A stretch of DNA of 63,972 nucleotides, filler included, from Phoronis australis (taxonomy: Eukaryota > Animalia > Phoronida): NCBI GenBank assembly GCA_002633005.1. It is 7 parts of 7 records of this genome, joined end to end, with 100 filler letters (N's around TTAATTAATTAA, not from the genome) between each part and the next. Parts side by side here need not be neighbours in the genome. Positions count along the whole stretch, not along the records: positions 6,382 to 31,792 come from NMRA01001346.1; positions 31,893 to 49,239 come from NMRA01000345.1; 5 more parts are not named here. The stretch is one strand, 5' to 3'. The notes below the pieces were generated by a model. The model did not search any database, was not told the DNA's origin, and saw nothing but the letters and a program-made list of their open reading frames with translations. The first letter of the stretch is position 1; every line of letters starts with the position of its first letter. Made by a program: the position numbers and the translations under genes. This document shows positions 28,001 to 39,194 of the stretch, piece by piece.

Positions 28001-30421
28001 TGCGCTATAAACATATACCCAATTATGGTGACAGTGGGTGTGATGCGCTATAAATATATCCAATTATGGTGGCAGTGGGTGTGATGCGCTATAAACACAT
28101 ACCCAATTATGGTGACAGTGGGTGTGATGCGCTATAAATCTCTAAAACACAACTGTGTAAACAAAGATACAATTAGTGTAAAACCGATCCTCTGACGTCA
28201 TGTTTCTCCAACTGGGTTTCTGAAGGACCAATATCAGTGATTAGTGTTAGCCTGTGTTAATTTAACTTTAAGATCGCACTCATGGAAGTTTCATCTTAGG
28301 GATATGAACACTTATCGCATACTTCTGTAACAATCTTACTTTCAGACTAGTTTCAGTTTATATTTTTCTAAAATGCTGGGGATGTTCATAATTATTGATG
28401 GGTGCATTGATGTTGCTTGTTTTTCATAAGTTATAGACAGTTGTGATCAGTATGCAGTAACCTGAACACAGGAGCCTTGTAACAAAGCTAAAGGTACATG
28501 TACATATAACTATCAAAAAGAAGTAGATACCAAACCCTGCCAGATGATATTTTTCAAAGCTGTCACCTGATGTTCACGATTAGTACTTCTGACAGACAAA
28601 CACTCACGTATTTCGTCAGTGACACTTCCTTATTTTAATCACAAAAGGGAATGGGCATTTATTCTCACTACCTGTAAATAGGCTAAAGGGGTGTGTACTT
28701 TAATTTTAAAAATGTTACGTACCACCATACTCAACAAATGTAGTCACTGCCACTTTTCCGTTACGATGAATAACAACATTTTCGACATCTCCTCCTCCGC
28801 TTTTCTTAACGTTTTCAAAGTAATTCTCCAGAGTATCCTCTGTACAGTTGGGAGGCAGGTCGTGGACTTGTATGGAGTCTGTCAGATGCACTTGCTCAAC
28901 ATGAAGAAATGACTTTTCCAATGATTTTCGCTTGCAGGTCTCTTTAAGCTGTTCAATGTCTAAAGGATAATACAATATCTTAATGACATTTTGCTTTTGC
29001 TGCCACAATTGATGGCAATGCGAACAATATTACAACTATCCAAACTTAAACGAAATTAATTGCAAAAAAGCTTGGCTGAGTAAATCGATAAAAAGACGAA
29101 ACCTTAAATATAATGTTTATATTTTTTATTTATTTTTATAAACCATGAGTCTGTGCAAGTTAAAACGATTATGTGACTTTTCCGTATACATTAATTTTCG
29201 AGATGAGCAAACTTGCCTGGTTTCTGGTCGAATATCACGAATACGGAACCTGGTGTTTCTCCATACAGGATTTCTTCGACATCGCATCTCGTTTTGCTCT
29301 CCAAATAATTAACAAGTGAGTCATTGGTGGCACTCGCTGGTATGTTACAGATTGCCAATTTGTGAGGATCTAGGGGTAACTTCTTTTTCGGCTTGGGGGG
29401 TTGAACAAGTTCTACCTCAATGGGGGAATTGTTCAATTTGTGGTCAAGTCGCTTTTGCCACACTCTGTCGGCCGCTGAAATCATAAATAATATACACGAG
29501 CCTGTACAAACATGGCACGAACAAAAAAAGCATGACGTAGCTGTTACAGAGTCAAGTGGTAGCACAGTATAGAGGTGGGAAAGAAATAGAAAATGACATT
29601 CGGCTCAAAGCTATTGGAAACATGAGTAGACATTAAAAAGGCAGGGAGGCAGACATCGGTTCAATCAATTCACTGTTGCTTAAAAGGATACTGAACCGTT
29701 TTCATGATTTCAACCAATCTTCATTCTGCCACCTGTTGATGCCTCATTGATGTCAATCGTCAAAGATAAAAGCAATTACTAAAAACTCATATCCCTTATC
29801 TCACAACTTGGACATTATGGTCCTTCGTGAATGGCCTTTTCCCAAAGACGCTAGAGGCGTACGTCACGCTTGTCCGTTTAGCAGATTTTGAAAGGAATTT
29901 TCAAAATTTCCTCCAAACTGTTGAGGGTTGTCGAGGGTTACACTGCCTTATTTTGTTGCACACAATTGGACGGGAAAGCTTTTGCTATCTGTTAATAGGA
30001 CGAAACCGAGTTTAGTACCCCTTTAACAGAAGACAAACATCTGATGAATGTAAAAAGATATATCATATCAGTACAAGCAGACTACTTCGTTTACTTGTAC
30101 GCGCTATTTTCTTACCTGACGCTTCAGCAAAGGTCACTAAAGCTGTTCCTTTGATTTCCTCCAGTTCTATCTTCTCCACTTTTCCTCCACCAGATTTGCG
30201 TCTGTTTTCAAAGTAATTCTCCAAGAGATCATGTGATGTTTTCTCTGGCAACTTACTGACTCGAATTGTTTTGACTGGAGGAGGTATTTCTTCTTCTTGT
30301 TCAATGGTGTGCCGCGAAGCGCTGTGAGTCTTTACTTGCTTGGGTTTTGTGCCACTTACGACAACATCCAGATTCACCGATTCCAACTTGAGCACCTTCT
30401 TTTTAAGAACGCACTGGGCAT
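9076..30421 (-). CDS. PARP14: PARP14-like macrodomain mono-ADP-ribosyltransferase (5'-partial, 19 exons, about 1820 codons)
   Basis: Phase-consistent exons: 30116-30421, 29217-29474, 28723-28959 (RRM-like; LENYFEN..KSGGG.VE in two of them), 24616-26328 (KH-like region and start of macro1), 23958-24425, 23728-23846, 23105-23332, 22442-22660, 21013-21133, 20397-20549, 19391-19459, 18647-18814, 18108-18293 (macro1-3), 15599-15822, 15198-15417, 14685-14864 (KH-like, WWE), 13519-13655, 9889-10066, 9076-9353 (catalytic: LYHGT, GFNRSFCGKN, YGAGVYFA, YPEYLI; stop TAG 9076-9078). The first visible exon starts in phase 1, so an upstream exon is missing. Confidence 0.95.
9436..9780. mobile_element. MITE with degenerate TIRs (Harbinger-like termini) in last PARP14 intron
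   Basis: Left end ggacctgaggtctaatttttg vs reverse complement of right end gggcctgtggtccagtgtttg (16/21). Confidence 0.45.
10487..11360. mobile_element. Non-autonomous Crypton-like element (terminal long hairpin, no TSD)
   Basis: Imperfect palindrome of about 164 bp at 10489-10652. ttataccaca (10653-10662) is inverted to the terminal tgtggtataa (11351-11360). Perfect 20-bp palindrome at 11285-11304. Boundaries are fixed by the interrupted minisatellite and show no TSD. The family assignment is from recalled structure. Confidence 0.65.
11200..11270 (+). other. tRNA-derived (Pol III A/B box) remnant inside the Crypton-like element
   Basis: A box tggtgtagtgg at 11207-11217 and B box ggttcgactcc at 11251-11261 with tRNA-like spacing. 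The acceptor and anticodon stems do not pair well. Confidence 0.55.
12652..12817. mobile_element. Short MITE (Harbinger-like TIRs)
   Basis: agaccctttcatgagagt vs reverse complement of right end aggccctttcatgcaagt (15/18). Confidence 0.5.
13034..13080. repeat. (TG)23 microsatellite
   Basis: Perfect dinucleotide run. Confidence 0.98.
15939..17366 (-). mobile_element. Helentron-associated non-autonomous element (HINE/pearl/DINE-1-like), copy 1
   Basis: On the minus strand: T-run, atgcgccc subTIR, stem-loop (cacatatttatatgtg), (tccg)n microsatellite, internal ~150-bp repeats with a cctagtggc core, then 3' gggcgcat subTIR, caa(c/t)gctctgcgttg hairpin and ctcttgt end. Confidence 0.8.
26490..26950 (-). 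mobile_element. Decayed Penelope-like RT fragment
   Basis: QMVSGRTLVGSMAPLAK...LVCQAFIDDWSIW resembles the Penelope RT motifs G..MG..MAP..AN and W.RFIDD..IW. A degenerate CTGACGG..GAAAC motif lies at 26491-26514 (minus). Confidence 0.45.
27927..28139. repeat. 43-bp minisatellite, 5 copies
   Basis: Near-identical head-to-tail units atatacccaattatggtgacagtgggtgtgatgcgctataaa(c/t), with no spacers. Confidence 0.95.
29684..30022. mobile_element. Kolobok-like MITE with TTAA target duplication
   Basis: TTAA at 29680-29683 and 30023-30026. TIRs aaggatactgaac / aggggtactaaac (10/13). Confidence 0.6.
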
Positions 30422-31892
30422 CTATAAAAAGTAGAGATACCTAGTTAAGTAATGGCCAAGTTGTTTAGAAAAACAACCACTCCTCTAATATGTGTATTTC
30501 CAAGTTCAGTATAAAAATGCATCTTGGAAGCCAAAAATCAATTGCGGCAAATAACATAATGCAATGGCCAGCAGACTGATGTCAATAACTCGCCCTACGC
30601 CCCACCTTCCAAAACAGATACTGGAGTTGGTAAGACGTTCAGGACAATACTACTTAAAGTCCTTCTTGCAAACTGCCCATGTGGTTCCAGTATCCGAAAA
30701 CACTTACTACATAAATTCTTATTTTCGACACCCTTTCTTTATATTCTTTTTGCCTTTCTTGCCAAAAGCGATTTTTTAACAATATTTGACCCTCCTCTCT
30801 GAGCGTATGATTAACGGTTGTCATCGGTTATTTCCGTACCCACATTTCCGGCTCATCAGTTCAGGAACGTGTCATGAACGCCGCTATTTTTTCCTTGTAA
30901 CTGAATGTGCTATGGCTTGCTCGAAAAGTCTTCGTTATTTTGTTTTATTAGTGATATATCGTGATTCATTTGCATATGTAGTGTATTTATAGTTTGTAGT
31001 TAGTGGTCGTTGATTTATTTGGGAATGTTACGCGTACTTAGTATGTTAAAATAGCATTGGTCTTTAGTTCCTTACGTAGGCCGGTCGAACCTAGGAACCA
31101 ATATGGGTCGAACCAGTTTTTTTTCGTTTTTTTTCCTCGTTTTGAAAAAGTACTTTGCTATCATCGGAAAGGTAGTACATTCTACTCAGTAAAAACCAAA
31201 AAAGTATCAAAATCAGGGCAAGCTCTGTAAAGATATTGCAAGTTTTGTGGAGAAATTTGGGTCACTTTGTTTGGATCGCGTCGGCCATATAGGTGGACAG
31301 CGGGATGAGTTACGAGTTTAAAACTTTGTGTAAATTGTTTTCGTCAACAAATTACGGTGAAATTTAGTTAGACATATCTTTACTTACTATTCTGCACGAT
31401 TTAGCAGTGTTCACCAAATTAGTCGCAGTTGTTACTCATTAAGTGATAAATGTGCTCACAATTCCCGTTGGACTTCGTCTCATTTCTGGCGGCACCTACA
31501 ATGTCGACTTTTGCTGAACTGAAAGGCATGTTCAATCGCCTACTTTGTGAAGATTTAACGTTGATACATTTTGACAAACTTTGCTACAAAAAAGAAACTT
31601 TGTTCAATTTTCGTGTTTTTTGTGTTTGTGGCGAGCTACCAGTTAGGCCTAAGGGTAGTCTTGGCGCAAAGCTGTATAGGCCTACTAACAAGCTGTATTT
31701 TGACTATAGTCTTCGTTGGTAGCTGGTGACTGAGGCTAACTAAGGTCTGCCGCGGCAGTGTGACACAGGACTAACCAGCCCGTAATTTCATGNNNNNNNN
31801 NNNNNNNNNNNNNNNNNNNNNNNNNNNNNNNNNNNNTTAATTAATTAANNNNNNNNNNNNNNNNNNNNNNNNNNNNNNNNNNNNNNNNNNNN

Positions 31893-32000
31893 CGGTCGCC
31901 TGGGATATCGCGGGAGAGCCTATACTTAGCCATGATAGTTCCGTTACGAATGCGCCGTGTTCCCAATTTGACACTTGAAATTGGATTTGAGCCCCCCCCC
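31893..32000 (-). repeat. Repeat-family end, inverted copy of 35173-35268
   Basis: cggtcgcctgggatatcgcgggagagcctatacttagcc is the exact reverse complement of 35231-35269. Similarity extends to the G/C-tract ends. Confidence 0.8.
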
Positions 32001-32744
32001 ACACACACACACTAAAACTGCACACATTTAAATCTTATTTCATCCGTATAATTTTAATTACCGGGGTTAATTAACAAATTCAACATTTCCCTGCGCTCTT
32101 ACTGTTTTATTTTTTTTTGCGGCAGCCAAGGGGGGGAGGGGGCGGGCCGGGCCCCCTGGGCCCCCCCTAAATCCGCCTATGGTCTTCATACAGCTAGCTG
32201 GCTGGCTAACTGAAACCTAGCAGAACTACTGAGGTAGAGGTTTTCATTAACAACAATGAATAAACAATGGTGACCGAGGTGTCGTGTTTTCTCCGTTTTA
32301 TCGGCATTTTGACTTGTTCCATCATAGACTACACTTGTCTATAATCTATGGTTCCGTGAAAGATTTAGCTTCACTTTGGTGTAGACTCCAGCAAGCGTTA
32401 TTACTCTGAGAAGTTGCGGAGCTCTCGAGTTCGTTTATTCAGTAAAACCGCTCCACCCACTCTTTTTGAAAAAGTTTTGACGTGCAGCTTTTGAGGATCA
32501 CTCGTTCTGGATCTACCAAAAAATGTACGCATTACTGAGGAATGGATTACAGCGGCCTGTTTCATTAATAAGTCGCACGCTCGGCGTCATCTGACCTTAT
32601 GAGCGTGAACGCCTGCGTGTTTATGAGAATAACTTTTTTCCAGTTGGGTGGTATACCAGTTCTGAATCTATTGCAATTTTACATACAAGCGATTCATTTT
32701 TCTTAACTCTTAAAAATCTTGTTTGTGTACCATTTTGCACAAAC

Positions 32745-33230
32745 TCAAATGGTCGACCGTAGACAGTAGATGAAGAGCCTCCAGTCACTGTATATAGTGG
32801 CCACAGCTCGCGAGGCTTCTCGCTTCAAAAACGCACTTCTCGGGGTTGGCGACGGGGCACTGCCGGGAATCAACAGTGACGGTATGGTATCCTTCTTCAG
32901 GCGTTGTTTCGCAGGGACCTTCATCAATTCAGCGTACATATCTCTGTCGTAATCTGACGACAGAAAATGCTTGCCACACACTCGGTAACCCTCCACTGCT
33001 TTGTACGTTGCGTGAACGGGTAGCGCTGCGTTCTTCACATGAACGAGCTAGCCAAGTACGGCGAAGTGTGTCTTCCTTCGGAACTCTTGCCTCCCAAAAC
33101 GTCACTTCCGCAGTAGAGGACGAGAAATTACTAAAATTACGAAAAGCTGTAATTAAGTGAAAATGTGTCTGGGATAATTAACGAACCTTATTTTTGCTAA
33201 AAGTGACATGAAAAAAGGTTGCCTTCGCCT
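32745..33230 (-). pseudogene. Frameshifted THAP zinc-finger remnant at the end of a Kolobok-like transposon
   Basis: VPKEDTLRRTWLAR, frameshift, YRVCGKHFLSSDY...RLKKDTIPSL: the THAP P..W, C..HF and AVPT-box motifs. A terminus TTAA|aggcgaaggcaacc lies at 33230, about 100 bp upstream; no partner end was found. Confidence 0.7.
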
Positions 33231-36200
33231 TTAAGGCAAAGCATTGTGCCTCACATGGGCGGGTATTTTAGTAATTACGTCTACTGACTTGCAATGTCAG
33301 ATTCACTCAATGACGAAATCAATTCTGTTGATTAATTTTTGTGACGTATTCTGGGTTTCTGGTTTGTAGCGTGATCAAAACAGAGTCCACTGGTGCGAAA
33401 ACGGTTGCATTTTAGCGAGAAGACCTGTCCCGGTGCCATGGGGTAGTTCTCGTCAGCAGTAGTTAGTTTTATCAGCATCCCGGCGAGTCGCTTTTATTGA
33501 TGTCAAAACGAGTTCACTCTCTGCCATAATTTGCTCGGTGTGTCCCATATGCGCTTCAGCATGACAACGGTAGGTGCACTTGCTGGATTGTTGCATAGGT
33601 ATGTAGAACTTCTACCTATCGCACATAGCAGACAATCGTTGTAAACACATTGCAAATATTAATAGTCGGCATGTTGAGACTTGTAGATTGTGAGCAATTA
33701 AGTTACTTCTTGGCCATTGTCGGCCTCAAATTACATTCATTTGAATTTTTAGAAAATAGGATCGTTACTATCGGACTCAAAAGAGTCGCAACAAAAATTC
33801 ATTGTTTGAAACTTTGGAATGTCCACGTCGTTCAATTTGAGGACCGAAAGGGTTCTACGACAAAAAGTTAACTTCAACTGAATTTTTATCCACTGTTTTA
33901 ACTTTCCACCAAACAGTTTTCTATCAAAACATTCACACTAACTTTAAACAAAATGTTGGAAGCGACATTGTAAAATGCTTAATCAGGAGCGTTTCACTCA
34001 AGAACAAGCAAACAATGTTGTACCCGCAGCTAGAGGGCAAAGTGAGAAAATGATCTCATTAAAAAATGGATAATACGGCGTTGTTGTTTTTATGAATGAA
34101 CGGGTTGTTGGCCCACCCCAAAAGCGCTACATGGCACCCAACTTCGTTTGCACATCCTCCCCTAAAAGAACCTACCGTAGAAAAGACCTGGGACTCCTCG
34201 GCCTGTATTCCTCACATGCAAACAAATCTATGCCGGGAAAACTCGAGGGCATCATTTTTTTACAAAAGGATGTCACATTCACATTCGGCGTTATAAAATT
34301 GTCACAGTCTCAGAACATTCTTTTTTCCGTGAGATACATGGAGAGATATGAGCCTTTAAAGCCATTTGATCGACATAACTTTAACTTACATAATGTCATA
34401 CATTTTTTAAACATGGTGACATTGTTGTGGGTGCAAGGGGTACTTGTGGCACCTCTCTGGTTCAACTTTCTTGTTGCTCATCAGTAAATCTGGTGTGGTA
34501 ATTGAGAATGTACCCGTGTAGAACATGTCCTACTTGCACGTACTTTTGAATGCTGGAATACGGACCCATTGTTCAGTGAATTACCTGGATCCCGGTAGGA
34601 CTTAATTACAAGGGGACATTCTTTAGTTTCACAATGGCACTATGGCCGTAAATTTTGTATCATGTATCATTTCACTTCTTTACCATGATATGGATTGTCA
34701 TGGGGGCCGGGGCAAGTGCCCCCGGGCCCTGTGGTAAAGACAGCACTATGCAAGTCCATGTATCGCCAGTAATTTGTTCGACTCAGTAAACAATTTCCTT
34801 CCCTCACAGTTTACATGCGAAGGCATATTGCGTTGAAAGAGATTTTTGGCGGCAAACATATTGCACAGTCAGTGGTTCCTGAGAGTTCCCACACGCGTCT
34901 CAGTGCTGGTGGGTGAGGGTCAATTACTGCCTTCCAGATTCGCAAAATTAAAGATGGTTTAACATATGTCAATGATTCATTGCTTTATGGTTTTCATGCC
35001 TACCCGTGTACGAAACAATGACTAAAATTCTGTCTCATATATGCTTTTTACCAATTTAATGAATTGCTACTTGGTATGAAAATAGTCACTCTACAGTCCC
35101 CGCCATAATTGTTTCTCAGTCAATTTTGAGTTGAGTTTCAGGGCTAGATAAAGGAATGATATATCCAGGGCNGGGGGGGAGCTCAGATCCCATTTCAAGT
35201 GTCAAATTCGGAACATGGCCACGGAACTATGGCTAAGTATAGGCTCTCCCGCGATATCCCAGGCGACCGGCAGTGGCGATGCGCACTACGACTCCGTTTC
35301 CGTCGTCTGCTCCACTGTGCAATGAAGAAAATTTACTTCAGTTTTTTAAAGAAAATGGAACTTGATTGACGATGAAAAAACAGAAGCTGCTGGTAAGATG
35401 TGAATTTTAATCGAAGCCTTGGTGAATCACTCAGAAACTCAAAATTCTCTCTTTGTCAAACCTTAACTTAAGACGATTTCCAAAGCAATCCCGTCATTAT
35501 TGCCAACACGAAAACGGATTTGGTCTTTTGGGCATTTGAATACAACAAATTTGTTAAGAACCGATTGCACAAAATACAAAACGTGTAATAAGTATTACAA
35601 AAAGAAGTAGGTTTCGCGCGCAAACGCTGTGGCCCATAAACAAGTAGGTCTCTTAGTATGCAGTTAATAGTTTAATCGTGGTGGTGTAGTGATAAGCACG
35701 CCCCCTTTATTCGCCAGGTTGTGAGTTAGAGTCTTTCAGTACCTTCCAGTTTTTCCTGTTTGACACGTTGTCCGTTTTTTGGCCTTTTTTCGTGGATAAT
35801 ACTTAAGGAATCAAGGGAAATAGGAAAATGCTTGATTTCAGGAAAAAAACAGAAAACTTTTCTGGGGGGAGGGCCTGCCTCCCCCCACTCGGTGCGATGC
35901 GCATCTACAATCGTGGTTTGCGCAAATGCTTACAGCCGGACAAAATGTTGCCCCCCCCCCCTAGATCCGCCACTGTATAATACCAGATGATGTCTATGTT
36001 TATACTTTTACTAGGCCTAGGTCAGTTTGTCCCACCATTTTTATCATTGTTCAGTGACCTGAGCCACAGATCGAGACATAAATAAATATGACTTTATGTT
36101 ATATGAAGCTTTCTAATTGTTTTCTATGTTACATATATTTTCATGTATATTTGCCATGGGCGCACACAGCGAAGCCCCCGTTTGGCGAAGTGGCAAAAAG

Positions 36201-37374
36201 GTCCGAATCACAGAAACAAAAAGTCCGACTAGCGAGACACTAAGTCCACTTAAAAGGCGCCCCGCTCTCAACGCGGTTCCCCGTTTTTGTTCTTTTTTAG
36301 TCCTCCCAGTTTTTTGTTAGTAAAAGGTCCACATTGTCAGAAATTCGAGATCCCCATATTAAAGGCTGGGTGCGCACATGTTTGCTATAAGTTTTATCGT
36401 GAGCTCAGCCAAATCTGTCGATACCAAAAAGAAACGCCCGCCGAACATAATCTCGCTGGTTCTCTGCGTGTCCGCTAGGGGATCCCCTAGCGGACACGCA
36501 GGGAAGCAGCAAGAAACGCGGGAAAACTTCACCTTCCATCGAAAAAGGATTGAAGTGTGGAGTGAAAACCATTCTTCTGGTGATTAAACAGTAGTAAAAA
36601 TGGTGTACCCGGAAAAAACATCGAAAACCAGGAAGAAGGGTGAGTTAGTTTTCCGTTTTAAAATGCTTTTCAACTTGTCAATGTTGCAACAGGTGGTCGG
36701 ATCTCACTACGCCTTCGCCGGGTTCACGTCAAGGCAATTACATCGCCCTGGCTTAATGCCTGTAGTCACTCCTCTTGACCTTCTTGAGTAAAGAGAGCGT
36801 TCCTCAAAAATGTAATGAATGCAGCATCTTGTTACAAGTTTTGAAGATTTAAATGCTGCCAGAGAACAGTTGAAAACTTTTTTCTTTAACTTTTCTCAAG
36901 CTTCCGCAGTCCATGACCTAATTAATTGACCTCGATTTGTAGACCGGCTACCATGATAAAAGAACAAGCGTTGTTTTTTCTAGTTTAACGTATAAGACTA
37001 TAAAGTAAAAGTTTACTCTACTTTTTCCTACTTTTACCGACTAGGTAAAAGTGGATACTTTTGTTTATTTGGTCGCGAGTTACTGACGAAAGAAATAAGA
37101 GAATTCAAAATTAACGTGGGTCATTGGTAGTGTGGGACCACGTTTTGTCAGTTGGGTTTTACGTGTACCGTATTACCCGGAATATAAGTCCATGACTTAA
37201 TAACAGAGTATGGCATAATCGAATTCAGACTCATATGGCCTTATGTTCTGTTCGTATGCTGGCATTTGGTTATTTGGAATTGTTGTTTATGTGTGATTTA
37301 CTTGGACAAATGTTTGTTGCTTTGTCATCATTTTTTGTTTTCTTATCCTATCAACATGAAATTACCTCAGTTCT

Positions 37375-38172
37375 AAGTTCTTAATTTGATTTCCCCAACT
37401 GTGGTTCTTCAAACCGCATTCAGGGTTTGTTTGTTTTTGCTGTTTTATTTGTTCTGATGGGATGCTTTTAGATAAATATTATTTTATAATCTTTGACATT
37501 ACTTGGGATTTTGTTCATGACTTATTGGCAAAAACAAAAAAATTATATTCTTAATAACCACATGACTTTATCTTTGTGTTCAGGCATTTGCCACTTTGAT
37601 GTTGTCTGTGTGTGATTTGTTGTTAGTTTTTTATTGTATCATTCATTAAATATTTTCATGGAATGCTTTGAGCCTAACAATATAAATTTCATAATCTTCA
37701 AAGACATTGCTTAACATTTTGTTCTTGACTGAGTGGGAAAAAATGATAATTGGCCTTACGTCCAAAATAATGTTATGACCTTATATTCTACGTCACTTGT
37801 ATCTCAGAAACCCATATTATTTGGCTTATTAGACTGTGGCCTTATATTCACCAGGCAAGACAATTTAGAGAGTCACCAGGTACTGGATTATCCAGGAATG
37901 TGCAAAGCACAAGGTCCATCGCTTATAAAACATTGTGCAAGGATGCTTCAACTAATTAAGTTTTTTATTCATGCACAGACTGTAAACTAAGATTACAAAA
38001 AAGGAGAATCTTGAAAGACCACAGATAGCAGTTTTTATATAAATAACATTAGGAATAAATTAAAAACATAAAAACAATGTTATGAGGACGTCTGTGAAGT
38101 GGCTCCAGACAATAGATGAATGAATGGCCCATGTGGACTGTGAAATCTTTCTGTCCTCTCCATGTGGCCAGC
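37375..38172 (+). repeat. Dispersed local repeat B (copies at 45063-45490 and 47520-48078)
   Basis: Colinear matches, e.g. gttcttaatttgatttccccaactgt (37377/45064) and tgaaatctttctgtcctctccatgtggc (38141/48048). Confidence 0.85.
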
Positions 38173-38287
38173 CGCTGCCTTGGTACCATCTGTTCCTCAA
38201 AGTATTTGTGAATTGCAATATACAACAGTAGTTTTCAAATATAGCAATATTCAATCAATATATGTTTGAATTAGTTATCAACCGCAG

Positions 38288-38808
38288 TTATTGAGATGGT
38301 GTTGAGTGGCCAGTGAAGTCATTGATGCCCTCTGTGTTGGCATCTACCTGCGGCTCATTTGGACAGTTGTCACTTTGCTCTGGCTGACATACTATCTCTC
38401 CACCTTCTGATTGCCAATAACCCTCGTATACCTCCTTGACTTCAGTGTCTCCTTCCATTTCACCCATAGCACTTGTCTCACCAGAGTCTCCCCACAAGTT
38501 AGGCTGTTCTGTTTGATGATCCATGTTCAACAGTTCCCCAGGAGGGTTGTCAATCTCTTGGCTTACCTCGTGCCCGTTTTCTGATCTCTGTGTAAAAAAT
38601 GGCACAGAGAAAACATGGTATTCACAGTATTGTGTTGATAAATTTTTCCTGTCTTTGGTAAAGTCTCCCTTTAGGTCATAGCAACAAAAGAAGACAAACA
38701 ATCCTACGGTGATATGTTTTCTGTAACTGTCTGATAGTTTTTGTTCACTTCTTTTCTTGCTGCATTGATTTTTGGTTGCTGTGACATCTACTTTTGATTT
38801 ACCGGTAT
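38288..38808 (-). CDS. Two terminal exons (38708-38808, 38288-38587) of an unidentified gene; acidic low-complexity C-terminus
   Basis: tttttcag|AT ACC...ATC ACC|gtagga, a 120-nt intron, then tttttacacag|AGA...TAA. Phases fit and the product is E/D/Q-rich. Upstream exons were not identified. Confidence 0.5.
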
Positions 38809-39194
38809 CTGAAAAACAAAGAGTAATATATGACACGCTTAAATTTCGTAAAACCATTGAGTGGAAAATTTACAGTGCATTTGCTGCAAAACAAAAAATG
38901 TAATGACTTATATTAAATTAGTTTAAATTGCTTTTGAAAGCCCTGAAAGTTATTGAAGTTTGTTGTCATTAACCTGGAGCATATGGGTCCTGAATTGCAG
39001 AACATTTTGTGAGTACTTTCACCTGGCAATTCACTTTTTTCTTTTATCATGGCTTAAATAAATATTTCTAATTCGTTATATGAAAAGTTGCCACCCGTTA
39101 GATCGCAGATTTTCAGTGAAAACAGACTGAGAATCCCATTTCTGGTGCCTGGGATCGGTGTAAATTACATGTCTGTCTCGGGTATGAGAGCATG

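Noticed and set aside
27927-28139. CRISPR-like array
   Set aside because: Units are contiguous with no unique spacers, there are no cas genes, and it lies in a eukaryotic intron. It is a minisatellite. The same applies to 4196-4530 and 6170-6281.
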